IMG/VR virus record: IMGVR_UViG_3300022307_000007
Location: 1-37,867 of that record
Strand: one strand, 5' to 3'
DNA from: a virus
Lineage: Duplodnaviria; Caudoviricetes
DNA: 37,867 nt
Shown here: positions 26,541 through 36,403 of the stretch, piece after piece
Position numbering within the stretch: the stretch's first letter is position 1
How the letters are laid out: each line of letters opens with the position of its first letter
The notes under the pieces: generated by a model
The model's input: the letters and a program-made list of their open reading frames with translations, nothing else
Told to the model about the DNA's origin: nothing
The model's database searches: none
Program-made: the position numbers and the translations under genes

Positions 26541-26900
26541 ATGGCAAAGAAAACAGACGAAAAAATCAGGGTTCACAACAAGGGAAAACGGGATTTCACA
26601 TTTCCACCTTCCAAAATTGGTGGAAAAAATAGATTGGTACCTGCCGGACGTGCGGTTGAAATCGAAGAAGATCTGGCATTGAAAATGATAAAGGCTTATC
26701 CCGGTGATTTGATTGAATTTGATTCCTTGGTTTCAGGTGAAAAGAAAAACCTTTCCAGGGAAGTGTCAAGGCTGGAAGTTGAAAACAAGATTTTGACTGA
26801 AAAGGTAGAGAAACTGGAATCTGATATCAAGGATTTGCTCGAAGAACCAGCTCCAAAAGCAGAGAAAAAAGAAGCTGAAACCTCAAGCAAAAAGGAATAA
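26541..26900 (+). CDS. Hypothetical head-associated protein
   Basis: Follows the capsid gene; IRVHNKGKR N-domain plus coiled coil. Confidence 0.65.
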   Translation: MAKKTDEKIRVHNKGKRDFTFPPSKIGGKNRLVPAGRAVEIEEDLALKMIKAYPGDLIEFDSLVSGEKKNLSREVSRLEVENKILTEKVEKLESDIKDLLEEPAPKAEKKEAETSSKKE

Positions 26901-26903
26901 GCC

Positions 26904-27164
26904 ATGCCAAAACCTATCAAAGTATTCAACAAAGGGATACGTCCGATTGTTTTCAGAAGAACGAGAAACGGAATTGAGGTCATTCACCCCGGAAAGTTTT
27001 TGACATTCAATCAAAAGATCGGTGAGGCCATTATTCAAAAGCATGAAAATGCCTGTTCTGAAGATGACTATAAAAAGCATCTTGTCGAAATGGTTGAAAG
27101 TCTTTCTGGCGAGAAGTTGGAAACAGAACCAAAGAAAAAATCAAAAACAACTGGTAGCAAATGA
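26904..27164 (+). CDS. Hypothetical protein, probable paralogue of the preceding gene
   Basis: IKVFNKGIR matches IRVHNKGKR. Confidence 0.6.
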   Translation: MPKPIKVFNKGIRPIVFRRTRNGIEVIHPGKFLTFNQKIGEAIIQKHENACSEDDYKKHLVEMVESLSGEKLETEPKKKSKTTGSK

Positions 27165-27595
27165 CTGTCACGATTACAGCAACAGAGTTCAAGGATTATT
27201 TTGATCGTGGGCAATTCACATATGGATCAACTGTTCCTTATTCTTTCCCGGAAATCAGGGATAAGGATATCGATTCCGCAATTGCTGAAGCCCAAGCGGT
27301 TTTTAATCCTGGTTTGTTTCCTGATGATGACACCACAAAGCAAGCCTTATATTATTTGACTGCCCATTTCCTACAACTTGATATTGATGTTGTGTCCAGC
27401 AATGGACAGGCAAAATTCAATCAGTCCTCAAGATCTGCCGGAGGTATCTCGGAATCTCTGTCTATCCCGGAATGGATGAATGAAGGGGAATACGGGTTTT
27501 ATTCAACGACCTACTACGGTCAAAAATACCTGATTTTAGCAAAACCATATCTGGATGGTGCTGTCTTTGTTGTCAATGGAGGGACTCTACCATGA
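27161..27595 (+). CDS. Head-tail adaptor (DUF4054-like)
   Basis: FPE, YLTAHFL, S.SAGGISES, TYYGQKYL. Confidence 0.75.
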   Translation: MTVTITATEFKDYFDRGQFTYGSTVPYSFPEIRDKDIDSAIAEAQAVFNPGLFPDDDTTKQALYYLTAHFLQLDIDVVSSNGQAKFNQSSRSAGGISESLSIPEWMNEGEYGFYSTTYYGQKYLILAKPYLDGAVFVVNGGTLP

Positions 27596-28167
27596 GCGGA
27601 TTCGTTCACAAAATAGGAGATTCAGAGGTTCGAGGGGATTTCTCAAAACTGGAAAAGCTGGTTGAAAACCTTGGAAAGAAGTTTTTCACGGATATCGGTA
27701 TTTTGGGCGAAGGTGGAAAAACTGAACAGGGTGGTATTACTCTTGCAGGAATCGGAGCCGTTCAAGAATTTGGAACCGACAAAGCCGGAAGAGGAAATAA
27801 AACCGTGATTCCAGAACGATCTTTTATTCGTATGCCACTGGAAACCGGTCAAGAGTTTATCGAGAATGAAATAGATCCTAAAATGCAAAAGCTGGTTGAA
27901 AACGGTGATATCAAAGGAATCTTTGAATTGATTGGTATAGCAGGTGAGGCAAGAGTCAAGGAAGCTTTCGAAACAACTGGTTTTGGAACGTGGCCTCCCA
28001 ATAGCGATATAACGATACACGGTTCAAATTATCCTTTAAAGCAAAGAGGCGTTGAATTGACACCAAAACAGATCAAAAATGAATTTATCAAAGGTAAGGG
28101 ATCGGATCAACCTCTGCAAGATACCGGTGGTTTATTTCAGACAATCACGTCCAGGGTTGGGGGTTAA
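27592..28167 (+). CDS. Neck / tail-completion protein
   Basis: AVQEFG, IPERSFIR, PPNS..T, KG.DQPL.DTG.L. Confidence 0.75.
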   Translation: MSGFVHKIGDSEVRGDFSKLEKLVENLGKKFFTDIGILGEGGKTEQGGITLAGIGAVQEFGTDKAGRGNKTVIPERSFIRMPLETGQEFIENEIDPKMQKLVENGDIKGIFELIGIAGEARVKEAFETTGFGTWPPNSDITIHGSNYPLKQRGVELTPKQIKNEFIKGKGSDQPLQDTGGLFQTITSRVGG

Positions 28168-28509
28168 ATGCCAGTTCCTTATCTTGGAAATGCTTTGAAT
28201 GGGTGGGTGAGAAAGTCAGATATAACGATCATAACTCAAACCGTTGTCAATCATGAAACGATTGAAGTCGAAACAGATGTCACTTATCCGGCAAACTTAC
28301 AACCAATGCCAGCTGCCCAGGTCAATCGAAAACCAGAGGAACAACGGACCTGGAAATGGTGGAGCGTGATCATTAAAAGCAAAATCGTTTTATTGAAAAC
28401 TGATGATATCATCCAGGATAGTACAGGCGCTAAATTCAGAATCGAAAAAGCCAATGATTGGAGGTCTTCAGGTTTTACAAGCTATGAAGCAATCGAGGAT
28501 TATACATGA
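28168..28509 (+). CDS. Putative head-closure protein
   Basis: Position and size; LQP...PE.QR.W. Confidence 0.55.
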   Translation: MPVPYLGNALNGWVRKSDITIITQTVVNHETIEVETDVTYPANLQPMPAAQVNRKPEEQRTWKWWSVIIKSKIVLLKTDDIIQDSTGAKFRIEKANDWRSSGFTSYEAIEDYT

Positions 28510-29000
28510 TCAAGCCTGATATAATTCTCTGTGATATCATAGCAACAGACATGTCCCTGGATGCTGACCGGGTTGTTGTGTACAACCAGAATTACAAGGC
28601 TCCCAAGGATGATGATATCTATATCGTCGTTTCAGAAGGCCCTAGCCGAATCATTGGAAACACTAACCGGTTTGATTATGCAAGTGATAAGGAAATCAAA
28701 AAAGTTTCCATCTCAACGACTTACAATATTGAGATCACAAGCAGAAACACAGATGCAAAATATAGAGCGCCTGAAGTTTTGGCCGCTATCGGCTCAACAT
28801 ATTCAGAGCAAAAGCAGGAAGAGAACGATATAAAAATTTCAAGAACTAAACAAATTACGGACCTATCATTTATTGCAGGTAGATCGGCTTTACATAGGTT
28901 TCAAATACCGGTAATCATTAATAGTGTTCAAGTATATGAAAAAACGATTATATATTTTGACAGATTTCAAACACCATCAATTCTAGCCGAATCAAAATAG
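28506..29000 (+). CDS. Putative tail terminator protein
   Basis: Immediately upstream of the sheath gene. Confidence 0.55.
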   Translation: MIKPDIILCDIIATDMSLDADRVVVYNQNYKAPKDDDIYIVVSEGPSRIIGNTNRFDYASDKEIKKVSISTTYNIEITSRNTDAKYRAPEVLAAIGSTYSEQKQEENDIKISRTKQITDLSFIAGRSALHRFQIPVIINSVQVYEKTIIYFDRFQTPSILAESK

Positions 29001-29010
29001 GAGGTTTCGC

Positions 29011-30480
29011 ATGGCTTTAGACATTTCTAATGTGGTCAGGGTTTCAATATCAGGACCGGAACGAGGACTTGCAAATATCAATACCTCAGCACTTGCAATC
29101 ATAACCGATGAAGTACCAATTCCGGGAGATTTCGGGGTTTCAAGAACCTACCTAAATCCTGACGGTGTCGCCGCTGATTTTGGAAGTAATTCAGAAACCT
29201 ACAGATTGTCCCTTGCTGTTTTTAATCAGAAGATCAACATCCTAACCGGTGGCGGTTTCCTGGTCGTTATTCCCAGGCTTCAAACAGCGGAAGCAGCCGC
29301 AGCAGTTATTTTGAGCAGTGGGCCGGTTAATCTAACCTCTTTAACTGCCGATGATTATTACCTAAATGTTGCAATAGATGGAGGGGCGGCGAGTGATCTG
29401 CTAATTGGTGAGCTAGATTTGACCGATCTTTCAACGGTTGAGGCTTCACTGAACAGTACCGCAATTTTGGCCGCTGGTCTTGAATTTATTCTTTCCGGTG
29501 AACTTGCATCCGCTGTAATCACGTTGCAAACAATCGAAACCGGGGCAACCAAGAGTATTACTATTGGTTCTGCCGGAACAGGAACCGACATTGCCACGGT
29601 GTTGAATCTATCAGGTTCAGCAACAGGAGCCGCAACAGGTGTCGAACGTGCGAAAGACACGATCCTTAGAACCAAAGGTTCAGCAAATTATTTTGGAATC
29701 GTTTACAACGTAAAGTTCAGTGACGTGATTTTAGAGGAACTGGCCGCAACGGTTCAGAGCTGTGACAAATTCCAGGCCGTAGGATCTAATCTTGTTGCTG
29801 ATATCGCCGGAATATTTACCGATATCAAAGACGCCGGATATACGAAAACGAGGTGCTTGCTTTACACTGCTTCAGAAAATGATTCCCTGGATTTTGCTGC
29901 CGGTTATATGTCTAGGTTGATGTCAATCAATTTTAACGCAACCGGAACCGCACTAACAATGCACTTAAAAGACTTTGTTGGCCTGGTTGCTGATCCTGGA
30001 ATCACACAAACTTATCTTGATGCTTGCAAAGTTGCCGGGGTTGATATCATCGCGGATTTTGGGATTCCCAAGATATTTATTTCAGGTGCTAATCAATTTT
30101 CTGATCAGGTTTATACCAGACTCGCTTTGAAAGTTGATCTTCAGGTTACTGGGTTCAATTATCTGGCAACGACTACCACGAAAATACCACAAACAGAGCA
30201 AGGCATGGACGGATTGAAAGGCGCTTATCGTGCGGTCATGAAAAGATATGTTGGTGTTGGTGTCTTTGCCCCTGGAACATGGAATGGATCAACACGGTTT
30301 GGCAATCCCGCTGATCATGACCGGAACATTGAAGAGTTTGGTTTTTTCATTTACTCATTGCCGGTGGCTCAACAATCTCAAGCAGTCAGAGAATCAAGGG
30401 TGGCTCCCGTTTGTCAGATAGCAGCAAAAGAGGCCGGGGCCATACATTCGAGTAATGTGGTAGTGTTAATTGAAGCTTAA
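29011..30480 (+). CDS. Tail sheath protein (DUF3383-like)
   Basis: ISNVVRVSI, VAADFG.NSE.Y, KIPQT..G, R..R.AP, GAIH. Confidence 0.85.
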   Translation: MALDISNVVRVSISGPERGLANINTSALAIITDEVPIPGDFGVSRTYLNPDGVAADFGSNSETYRLSLAVFNQKINILTGGGFLVVIPRLQTAEAAAAVILSSGPVNLTSLTADDYYLNVAIDGGAASDLLIGELDLTDLSTVEASLNSTAILAAGLEFILSGELASAVITLQTIETGATKSITIGSAGTGTDIATVLNLSGSATGAATGVERAKDTILRTKGSANYFGIVYNVKFSDVILEELAATVQSCDKFQAVGSNLVADIAGIFTDIKDAGYTKTRCLLYTASENDSLDFAAGYMSRLMSINFNATGTALTMHLKDFVGLVADPGITQTYLDACKVAGVDIIADFGIPKIFISGANQFSDQVYTRLALKVDLQVTGFNYLATTTTKIPQTEQGMDGLKGAYRAVMKRYVGVGVFAPGTWNGSTRFGNPADHDRNIEEFGFFIYSLPVAQQSQAVRESRVAPVCQIAAKEAGAIHSSNVVVLIEA

Positions 30481-30768
30481 TATTTTGACATATATTTTAG
30501 GTTTGAAATTCTTAAACTCCTATTTTTAAATGTTCAATGATTACGTATAGTTACATATTATCAGTTGTAAAATACTATGTTTTAATGATTTTTGGTCTAT
30601 TTGATTTTTCAGGATGCAAGGCATTGATGGTAAACACTTCGCATGAACCTAAAGTTCTAAATCCACCGTGTGTAAATCACCGTGGGTCATTACCTTGAGT
30701 ATATATTTATATATTTGTAGGGTAACATTAATAATTTATATATTCCAACAACTTACGGAGGTTTAAAA

Positions 30769-31236
30769 ATGAGCGTATCATTAACAGGCAAAGACACAAT
30801 TGCAGTCGGTTCAAGGGGGGCAAGCCCTAGAATTCTGGTTGATTTGGCAGATGGAGACACCGGGGTTCTGGACTTTCCAAACAATCTGGTAGAAGCCAAG
30901 ACAGGAAAGAATGGAAATACGATCTATGCTTTCAACTCCACCGGAAAAGTCGTTACAATGACTCTAAGAATCATGCGGGGGTCAGCAGATGATAAGTATC
31001 TAAACGGTGAAATGAACCGATTCAGCCTTGATCCTGCCGGGTATACTCTGATAGATGGAGAAGTAGTCAAAAGGATCGGTGACGGCCAGGGGAATATTAC
31101 CCATGATGTGTATAGCCTTGACGGTGGAATAATTCAGAAAATGCCAGCGGCAAAGGAAAACGTCGAAGGTGACACCGAACAGGCTGTCACAACCTGGCAA
31201 ATCATTTACGCCAATTCAGATAGAGGTCTGACATAA
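30769..31236 (+). CDS. Tail tube protein (DUF3277-like)
   Basis: GGAGG RBS; TG.NG.......G..VTM.L...S.DD.YL; follows the sheath. Confidence 0.7.
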   Translation: MSVSLTGKDTIAVGSRGASPRILVDLADGDTGVLDFPNNLVEAKTGKNGNTIYAFNSTGKVVTMTLRIMRGSADDKYLNGEMNRFSLDPAGYTLIDGEVVKRIGDGQGNITHDVYSLDGGIIQKMPAAKENVEGDTEQAVTTWQIIYANSDRGLT

Positions 31237-31676
31237 TGAAGATTGACGGAAAAGAACTTATTATCTCCCCGGCAAGCTTTGAAGATGCTATGGAACTCAA
31301 AGAAATCATTGCCGTGGCACTCAAGGAAAACGGGATCAAGATCGATCTATCATCCATTGATATCAAGTCCGAAAACATAGATGATATTGAAGCCGGTGAC
31401 ATTGGCTGGATACTTGAACCGATTCTGACATTGACAACCGATAGCACGATAAGAAAACACCTTTTTAAGTGCGCTGAACGTGCAATGTTTGACAAAAATA
31501 AAGTAAATGCCGATCTATTTGAACCCGCTGAAAATCGAAAATATTATTACCCGATCATGATGGAGGTATTAAAAATAAACATCTTCCCTTTTTTCGGGCT
31601 AGTGAATTCAAAGTCCTTCAGCCTGCCAGGTCTGACAGAATTCTACCAAAAATTGAAATCAAAGCCAGCGAGTTGA
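31236..31676 (+). CDS. Tail assembly chaperone (gpG-like)
   Basis: Between tube and tape measure; contains slippery C CCT TTT. Confidence 0.7.
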   Translation: MKIDGKELIISPASFEDAMELKEIIAVALKENGIKIDLSSIDIKSENIDDIEAGDIGWILEPILTLTTDSTIRKHLFKCAERAMFDKNKVNADLFEPAENRKYYYPIMMEVLKINIFPFFGLVNSKSFSLPGLTEFYQKLKSKPAS

Positions 31677-31831
31677 ATGCTGTTTGTCTCAGGATAGCCA
31701 AGTCCGGTTATTATTCAGGTGATCCCGGTAAAGTCAGAAAAGCCCCAGTCGATGATGTTTTCAGGATACTTGACTATGAGAACTTTCTTTCCGATTACGA
31801 GTTCACAGAATACAAATTAAATGACAAATGA
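31586..31831 (+). CDS. -1 frameshift extension of the tail chaperone (gpGT-like)
   Basis: CCCTTTT at 31586..31592; the -1 frame stays open (FRASEFKV...RIAKSGYYSGDP...YENFLSDYE...) to a TGA overlapping the tape-measure ATG. Confidence 0.75.
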   Translation, partial: PFFRASEFKVLQPARSDRILPKIEIKASELNAVCLRIAKSGYYSGDPGKVRKAPVDDVFRILDYENFLSDYEFTEYKLNDK

Positions 31832-33267
31832 ATATAGTTGAATTATTTGCTAGAATCGGATTAAAAACTGATGAGGACAAGGCCAAAAGTTTTCACAGGG
31901 CTATGACAACTGTTAAAGTTGGGTTGTTTGCAGCAACGGCAGCGGCAGCCGGAACCGCACTTGTTATTCGCAAAATAACATCCGAAGCAATGACGGCTGC
32001 GGTTGCTTTCAAACAATTCGAAGTAGAAACCGGATCAAGCGCACAGGAGCTGCAAAAATGGCAGGCAGTTGCGGAACAAACTAATCAAAGTGCTGAGAGT
32101 GTCAGTTCAGCAATCAAGTCCATAGTTTCAAATCAAGAAAAAATTAGACTAGGCCAGGGAGATATATCCGGGTATCAATTACTTGGTATCGATCCCAGGC
32201 AAGATCCGTTTAAAATTCTGGAAGATCTCAGGGAAAAATCAAAAGGTCTTAGCGATGGCATGAAAAAGAATATTCTATCTCAAATCGGGATAGGTGCTGG
32301 ATTGCTTCAGACCTTAAATCTTACACGGAAAGAATTTGACGAAATGGCAGATAGGGCTTGGATCATATCGCCGGAAGCCATTGAGACGCTGAACAAAACC
32401 AAATCAGCCGTTGACCTTGCGGCTAGAGCAGTCAGTTATATGAAATCTCAAATTGCGGTCGGTCTTTCCCCACAAATCAGAAAAGCATCAAAAGACCTGC
32501 AAGCATTCATGAAAATCCATGAAAAAGCTATTATTGAAGGGTTCAAGCTTGGTTTCAAATATGTCTCTATGTTCGTCAAGGCATTAGGAAACGCTGGATC
32601 TATGATCGATAGGGTTGTTTCATCAACAATAGGTTGGGAATGGGCGCTTAAAGGATTGCTCGGTATTATCATTGCTATGAATGCAGCTCTCTTGCTTTCC
32701 CCTATAGGGTTGATTGCCGCCGGTTTTATCCTGCTTGTGGCCGTTCTCGATGATCTATATGTTTATTCAAAGGGTGGAAAATCTCTTTTCGGTGAAGCAA
32801 TGAAAAGCTTCCCAGAGCTTGAAAAGACACTTAAAGGCGTATTTGGAACCATGAAAGACGTTTTAAAGCTTTTTAAGGCCATGGCTTCCGGTGATATTTT
32901 TTCGATTAAAAACATTCTCAAGGAATGGGGCGCGCTTGGTGATGCAATCTTGATCGTTTATAAAAGCTATAAAGCACTTGATAAACTTAGAGATTTAAAA
33001 CAAAAAAAAGAAAAAGAATGGATAGAAACACGGTTACCGCCTAAAATGGAAGCCGCTATGATAAAAAGTTCAGGAATGAGCATTGGGGAGCAAATCACCG
33101 CCATACTTTCCAAAATGTTTTCCGGGGGAGGCCAGACCACGCAAAACAATAATATCACTCAGAATGTGTACGGAAACGCTGATCCGGTGGCGACAGGAGA
33201 CGCAGCAGCGAAATCGATACAAAAATCTATTAACGCAGCTTCAGCACAATTACCGAGGAATCAATGA
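31828..33267 (+). CDS. Tape measure protein (short, 479 aa)
   Basis: Ala-rich helical protein with a hydrophobic LSPIGLI segment; position. Confidence 0.8.
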   Translation: MNIVELFARIGLKTDEDKAKSFHRAMTTVKVGLFAATAAAAGTALVIRKITSEAMTAAVAFKQFEVETGSSAQELQKWQAVAEQTNQSAESVSSAIKSIVSNQEKIRLGQGDISGYQLLGIDPRQDPFKILEDLREKSKGLSDGMKKNILSQIGIGAGLLQTLNLTRKEFDEMADRAWIISPEAIETLNKTKSAVDLAARAVSYMKSQIAVGLSPQIRKASKDLQAFMKIHEKAIIEGFKLGFKYVSMFVKALGNAGSMIDRVVSSTIGWEWALKGLLGIIIAMNAALLLSPIGLIAAGFILLVAVLDDLYVYSKGGKSLFGEAMKSFPELEKTLKGVFGTMKDVLKLFKAMASGDIFSIKNILKEWGALGDAILIVYKSYKALDKLRDLKQKKEKEWIETRLPPKMEAAMIKSSGMSIGEQITAILSKMFSGGGQTTQNNNITQNVYGNADPVATGDAAAKSIQKSINAASAQLPRNQ

Positions 33268-34052
33268 GCTTTTCAACAATTGCGCAAGCCACAAATAAAG
33301 GCTCAAGTGATGCAAGGTCCTATCTTGATGATAAGGCCAACACCTTATTAAAGCCAAAAGAAAATTGGGGTATTGAGGGTTTTATTTTTGATATTGTAGA
33401 TAATGAATCATTGAGTATAGAGTATGATATTACTGATCATTTTACAGAAAATAATTCGTATCTGAATGACCACATAGTTAAAAAGCCTATAATAATAACA
33501 CTATCCGGCTTTATCGGTGAACTTGTTTTCCGTTCTCCTGGCGGTGTAGAAGGCGCAATTCAAGAGATATCAAACAGACTTGAAAGCGTGGAAGCTTATC
33601 TTGGAGATCAAACGCCAGGAGCAGTTCAAGAAGTTCAAAGAGTCACGCAACAAGTACAATCCGCCGTTTCTGCTATCAATCAAACACTGGATAAGGCTCA
33701 AAACATTATCGGTTTTTTTGAAGGCGAGGGACCGGAAGAGACACTACAACAAAAAGCATTTAAAAAATTGTCAGCACTCGGAAATAGAACCCAGCTTGAG
33801 GTCCAAACACCTTGGGATTTTTTTAATAATATGGTGATTCAGACATTATCTTTCACTCAGGGCGGGGAGTCAAATCAAATAACAGATATATCGGTAACAC
33901 TCAAACAATTAAGAGTCTCAGGAACAGAGGTTGTAGATTTTGACAAAGATCAATTTCCGATCCGTGAAAAAGCGCAATCCGCTCCGAAAGAAGATCAGGG
34001 AGTGATTAGAAGTCAGGAAGAAAATACTTCTATACTGTACAAATTAAAATAG
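33264..34052 (+). CDS. Baseplate / tube-initiator protein
   Basis: ITDHFTE.....DH....P..ITLSG and V.TP...F.NM.I. Confidence 0.65.
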   Translation: MSFSTIAQATNKGSSDARSYLDDKANTLLKPKENWGIEGFIFDIVDNESLSIEYDITDHFTENNSYLNDHIVKKPIIITLSGFIGELVFRSPGGVEGAIQEISNRLESVEAYLGDQTPGAVQEVQRVTQQVQSAVSAINQTLDKAQNIIGFFEGEGPEETLQQKAFKKLSALGNRTQLEVQTPWDFFNNMVIQTLSFTQGGESNQITDISVTLKQLRVSGTEVVDFDKDQFPIREKAQSAPKEDQGVIRSQEENTSILYKLK

Positions 34053-34059
34053 CGGGATA

Positions 34060-34413
34060 ATGAAAAGACTAGACGGAATCAGGGCAACAGGTGTTCAAGA
34101 TTTTTCGACTGTCATAGAAAACGGTGACAGCATCAAAATAACTTTGTCTTACAATGCCGCGATCCAGAGCTTTGATTTTGATCTGGAATGGCAAGATTTT
34201 GTTTTGAAAGGAAACCGGATATACTCTTCTCCTAATTTGCTTTCACAGTATAAAAATATTATACCGTTTGGATTAGCTGTCATAACTGAAGGGACCGGAG
34301 ATCCTTTTTTGATCAATGATTTTGCAAAAGATCGGGCAAATATCTATATTTTGTCACTTGATGAAGTTCAAGAAGTCAGCGATTATTATACGGGGTTGAG
34401 GGATGCAGGGTAA
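34060..34413 (+). CDS. Baseplate protein
   Basis: Position in the baseplate cluster. Confidence 0.55.
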   Translation: MKRLDGIRATGVQDFSTVIENGDSIKITLSYNAAIQSFDFDLEWQDFVLKGNRIYSSPNLLSQYKNIIPFGLAVITEGTGDPFLINDFAKDRANIYILSLDEVQEVSDYYTGLRDAG

Positions 34414-35253
34414 ATTTGGACGCACATATAGACTTGATGTTTTTACGCCAGCGGGTAAACAGATAACCATTGAGCCGCCTTTAACTTTACGTTTTGGACT
34501 TACCAGAAATACCCTTGCTTCAGCAAACACGGCAAGCCTTGAAATAATCAATCTCGGACCACAGACCAGGAACCAGATTTACAAGGATCGTTTTTCAATC
34601 CCTAATTACTGGCAAGTAAAACTTCAGGCCGGGTACAATAATAGGCTTCACCAAATATTCACCGGGAACATTTTCGAGGCCTATTCCGTAAAAGAAAAAA
34701 CGGAATGGAAAACAATACTGGATTGTTACGATGGGTTATATGCCATTCAAAACGGTTTTACCTCAATGACGGTTGAAAAGAACACACCAAAGCAAAACTA
34801 TATCAAGCAAATTATTAACAATTTACCCGGACTTGTGGCCGGTGCAATGGGTTCTCCATCTCAGGGACAAAGCCCACGAGGTAAAGCACTGGTTGGTCAA
34901 TCCTATGATTTACTGAACCAGGAAACAGAAGGTAATGTCATATCGACCACGAGGTTGTTCATGTTCTTGCTAATAATGAAGTTTTATCGGGAGATGTTAT
35001 CCGGCTTGACCGAGATGATTTGTTGTCAACTCCCAGGCGTAGAGAAGCTTTTCTTGATGTGCAAGTGCTTTTCCAACCACAAGTCCAGGTTGGTAAAATA
35101 TACGAGATTGAAAGTTTAGAGGCCAGATTCAACGGACAGTATAAAATTATGGGGTTCAATCATAATGTTGAGATTTCAGGGGCTTCATCTGGTGTTGCTA
35201 TAACAACACTATCCTTGTATTACGGAGCGGAAGGACTACAGGAAGTGGCATGA
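34403..35253 (+). CDS. Baseplate hub protein, interrupted by a single-base frameshift near 34934
   Basis: LQAGY.......IFTGNI...DG N-half; adding one base at GGTAA (34931..34935) joins it to the open frame of ORF 35020..35253 (GQYKI...H). Confidence 0.75.
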
Positions 35254-36056
35254 CAGAACCAACAATTAATCCACCGGATCTTGATGACCTGCTTGCAGAA
35301 AGCAGAGACGCACTATTGTCAAATTTTAATGCGGTTCAGATCGGCAAAATTGAAGCCGTAAATGATGACCAAACCGTTTCAATTAAAATACAGTTTTTAA
35401 GACGATTACCAGATGGTAAAACGGCAAAATATCCCTTGCTAGTTGATTGTCCTTATTTTGTTCTGAACGGTGGTGGTTCTTATCTTGATTTTCCGATAAC
35501 ACCTGGAGATTATTGTCTAGTCCTTTTTTGTGATAGGAATATTGACGACTGGTGGGATACTGCAAACGTGGCTATTCCACCGGATACCAGGAAACACAAC
35601 ATAGCCGATGGAATAGCCCTTGTTGGTATCAATCCCAGGACAAAAGCACTTTCAAATGATGGTGCAGCCTTTAGACTGATCGGGCCAACAGGAAGTAATT
35701 CTTTGATAAGCATAAAAGCTGATGGATCAATTGATATTACTGCCCCAGGTGGATTAAATATCGTGGCAAATACTAAAATCACAGGAACTTTGACAGTAAC
35801 GGGAATCATCAAATCACTGGTTGACATCATTGCTGACTATGCTGCCACGGCAGTTTCAATGCTGACCCATTTCCACCTTGGAAACCTTGGTTACAATACT
35901 GGTACAGGATTGTCTTCTGGTGGGGTTGCCAAGCCTTCAAACGCTCCAACTTTTGACGATGGAACGGGCGACATCATCGACGGCAATGGAACGAAATCAA
36001 CCAATCATACACACCCGGTTACAACAGCTCCAGGGACAACAGGGATAGCATCATGA
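35250..36056 (+). CDS. Baseplate central spike (Gp138/gpV-like)
   Basis: DCP....GGG....FPI.PGD.CLVLFCDRNID.W, R.H...DG; C-terminal HxH motifs. Confidence 0.85.
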   Translation: MTEPTINPPDLDDLLAESRDALLSNFNAVQIGKIEAVNDDQTVSIKIQFLRRLPDGKTAKYPLLVDCPYFVLNGGGSYLDFPITPGDYCLVLFCDRNIDDWWDTANVAIPPDTRKHNIADGIALVGINPRTKALSNDGAAFRLIGPTGSNSLISIKADGSIDITAPGGLNIVANTKITGTLTVTGIIKSLVDIIADYAATAVSMLTHFHLGNLGYNTGTGLSSGGVAKPSNAPTFDDGTGDIIDGNGTKSTNHTHPVTTAPGTTGIAS

Positions 36057-36394
36057 TTATAAGAAACTCAACGGCAGACGGTGATTTTACTTTTGGAAAA
36101 GGACTTTCTGACTATCTTAGAAATCAACGAGCCATCCTGCACAACGTAAAAACTCGCCTGCTCTCTTGGAAAGAGGACTGCTTTTTTGCCATAGCCGAAG
36201 GGGTAGACTATAACAATTTGCTTGATGTCGGAACAAAGAAACTATTAGACTCAGACATAAAAAGGGTGATTTTGCAGAGTGAGGGAGTGATAAAGATCAA
36301 TAGTTTTACATCTACCATTGATGTCGATGATAGAGAATATTCAGGGGAAGCAACCTACACCGATATTTTTGGGGTTTCAAAACTTACTTTTTAA
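36053..36394 (+). CDS. Baseplate wedge protein (gp25/W-like)
   Basis: DGDFTFG, V.TRL...K.DCFF...EGVDY, IL..EGV..I. Confidence 0.7.
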   Translation: MIIRNSTADGDFTFGKGLSDYLRNQRAILHNVKTRLLSWKEDCFFAIAEGVDYNNLLDVGTKKLLDSDIKRVILQSEGVIKINSFTSTIDVDDREYSGEATYTDIFGVSKLTF

Positions 36395-36403
36395 AAAAAT
36401 AAA

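Noticed and set aside
30540-30570. dif-like XerC/D site (ATTACGTATAG...TTATC)
   Set aside because: Spacer length is wrong and the XerD arm does not match TTATGTTAAAT.
34931-34940. Programmed frameshift or pseudogene in the baseplate hub
   Set aside because: No slippery heptamer; one missing base restores an essential gene, and the noisy contig ends indicate indel errors. Most likely a sequencing error; check reads.
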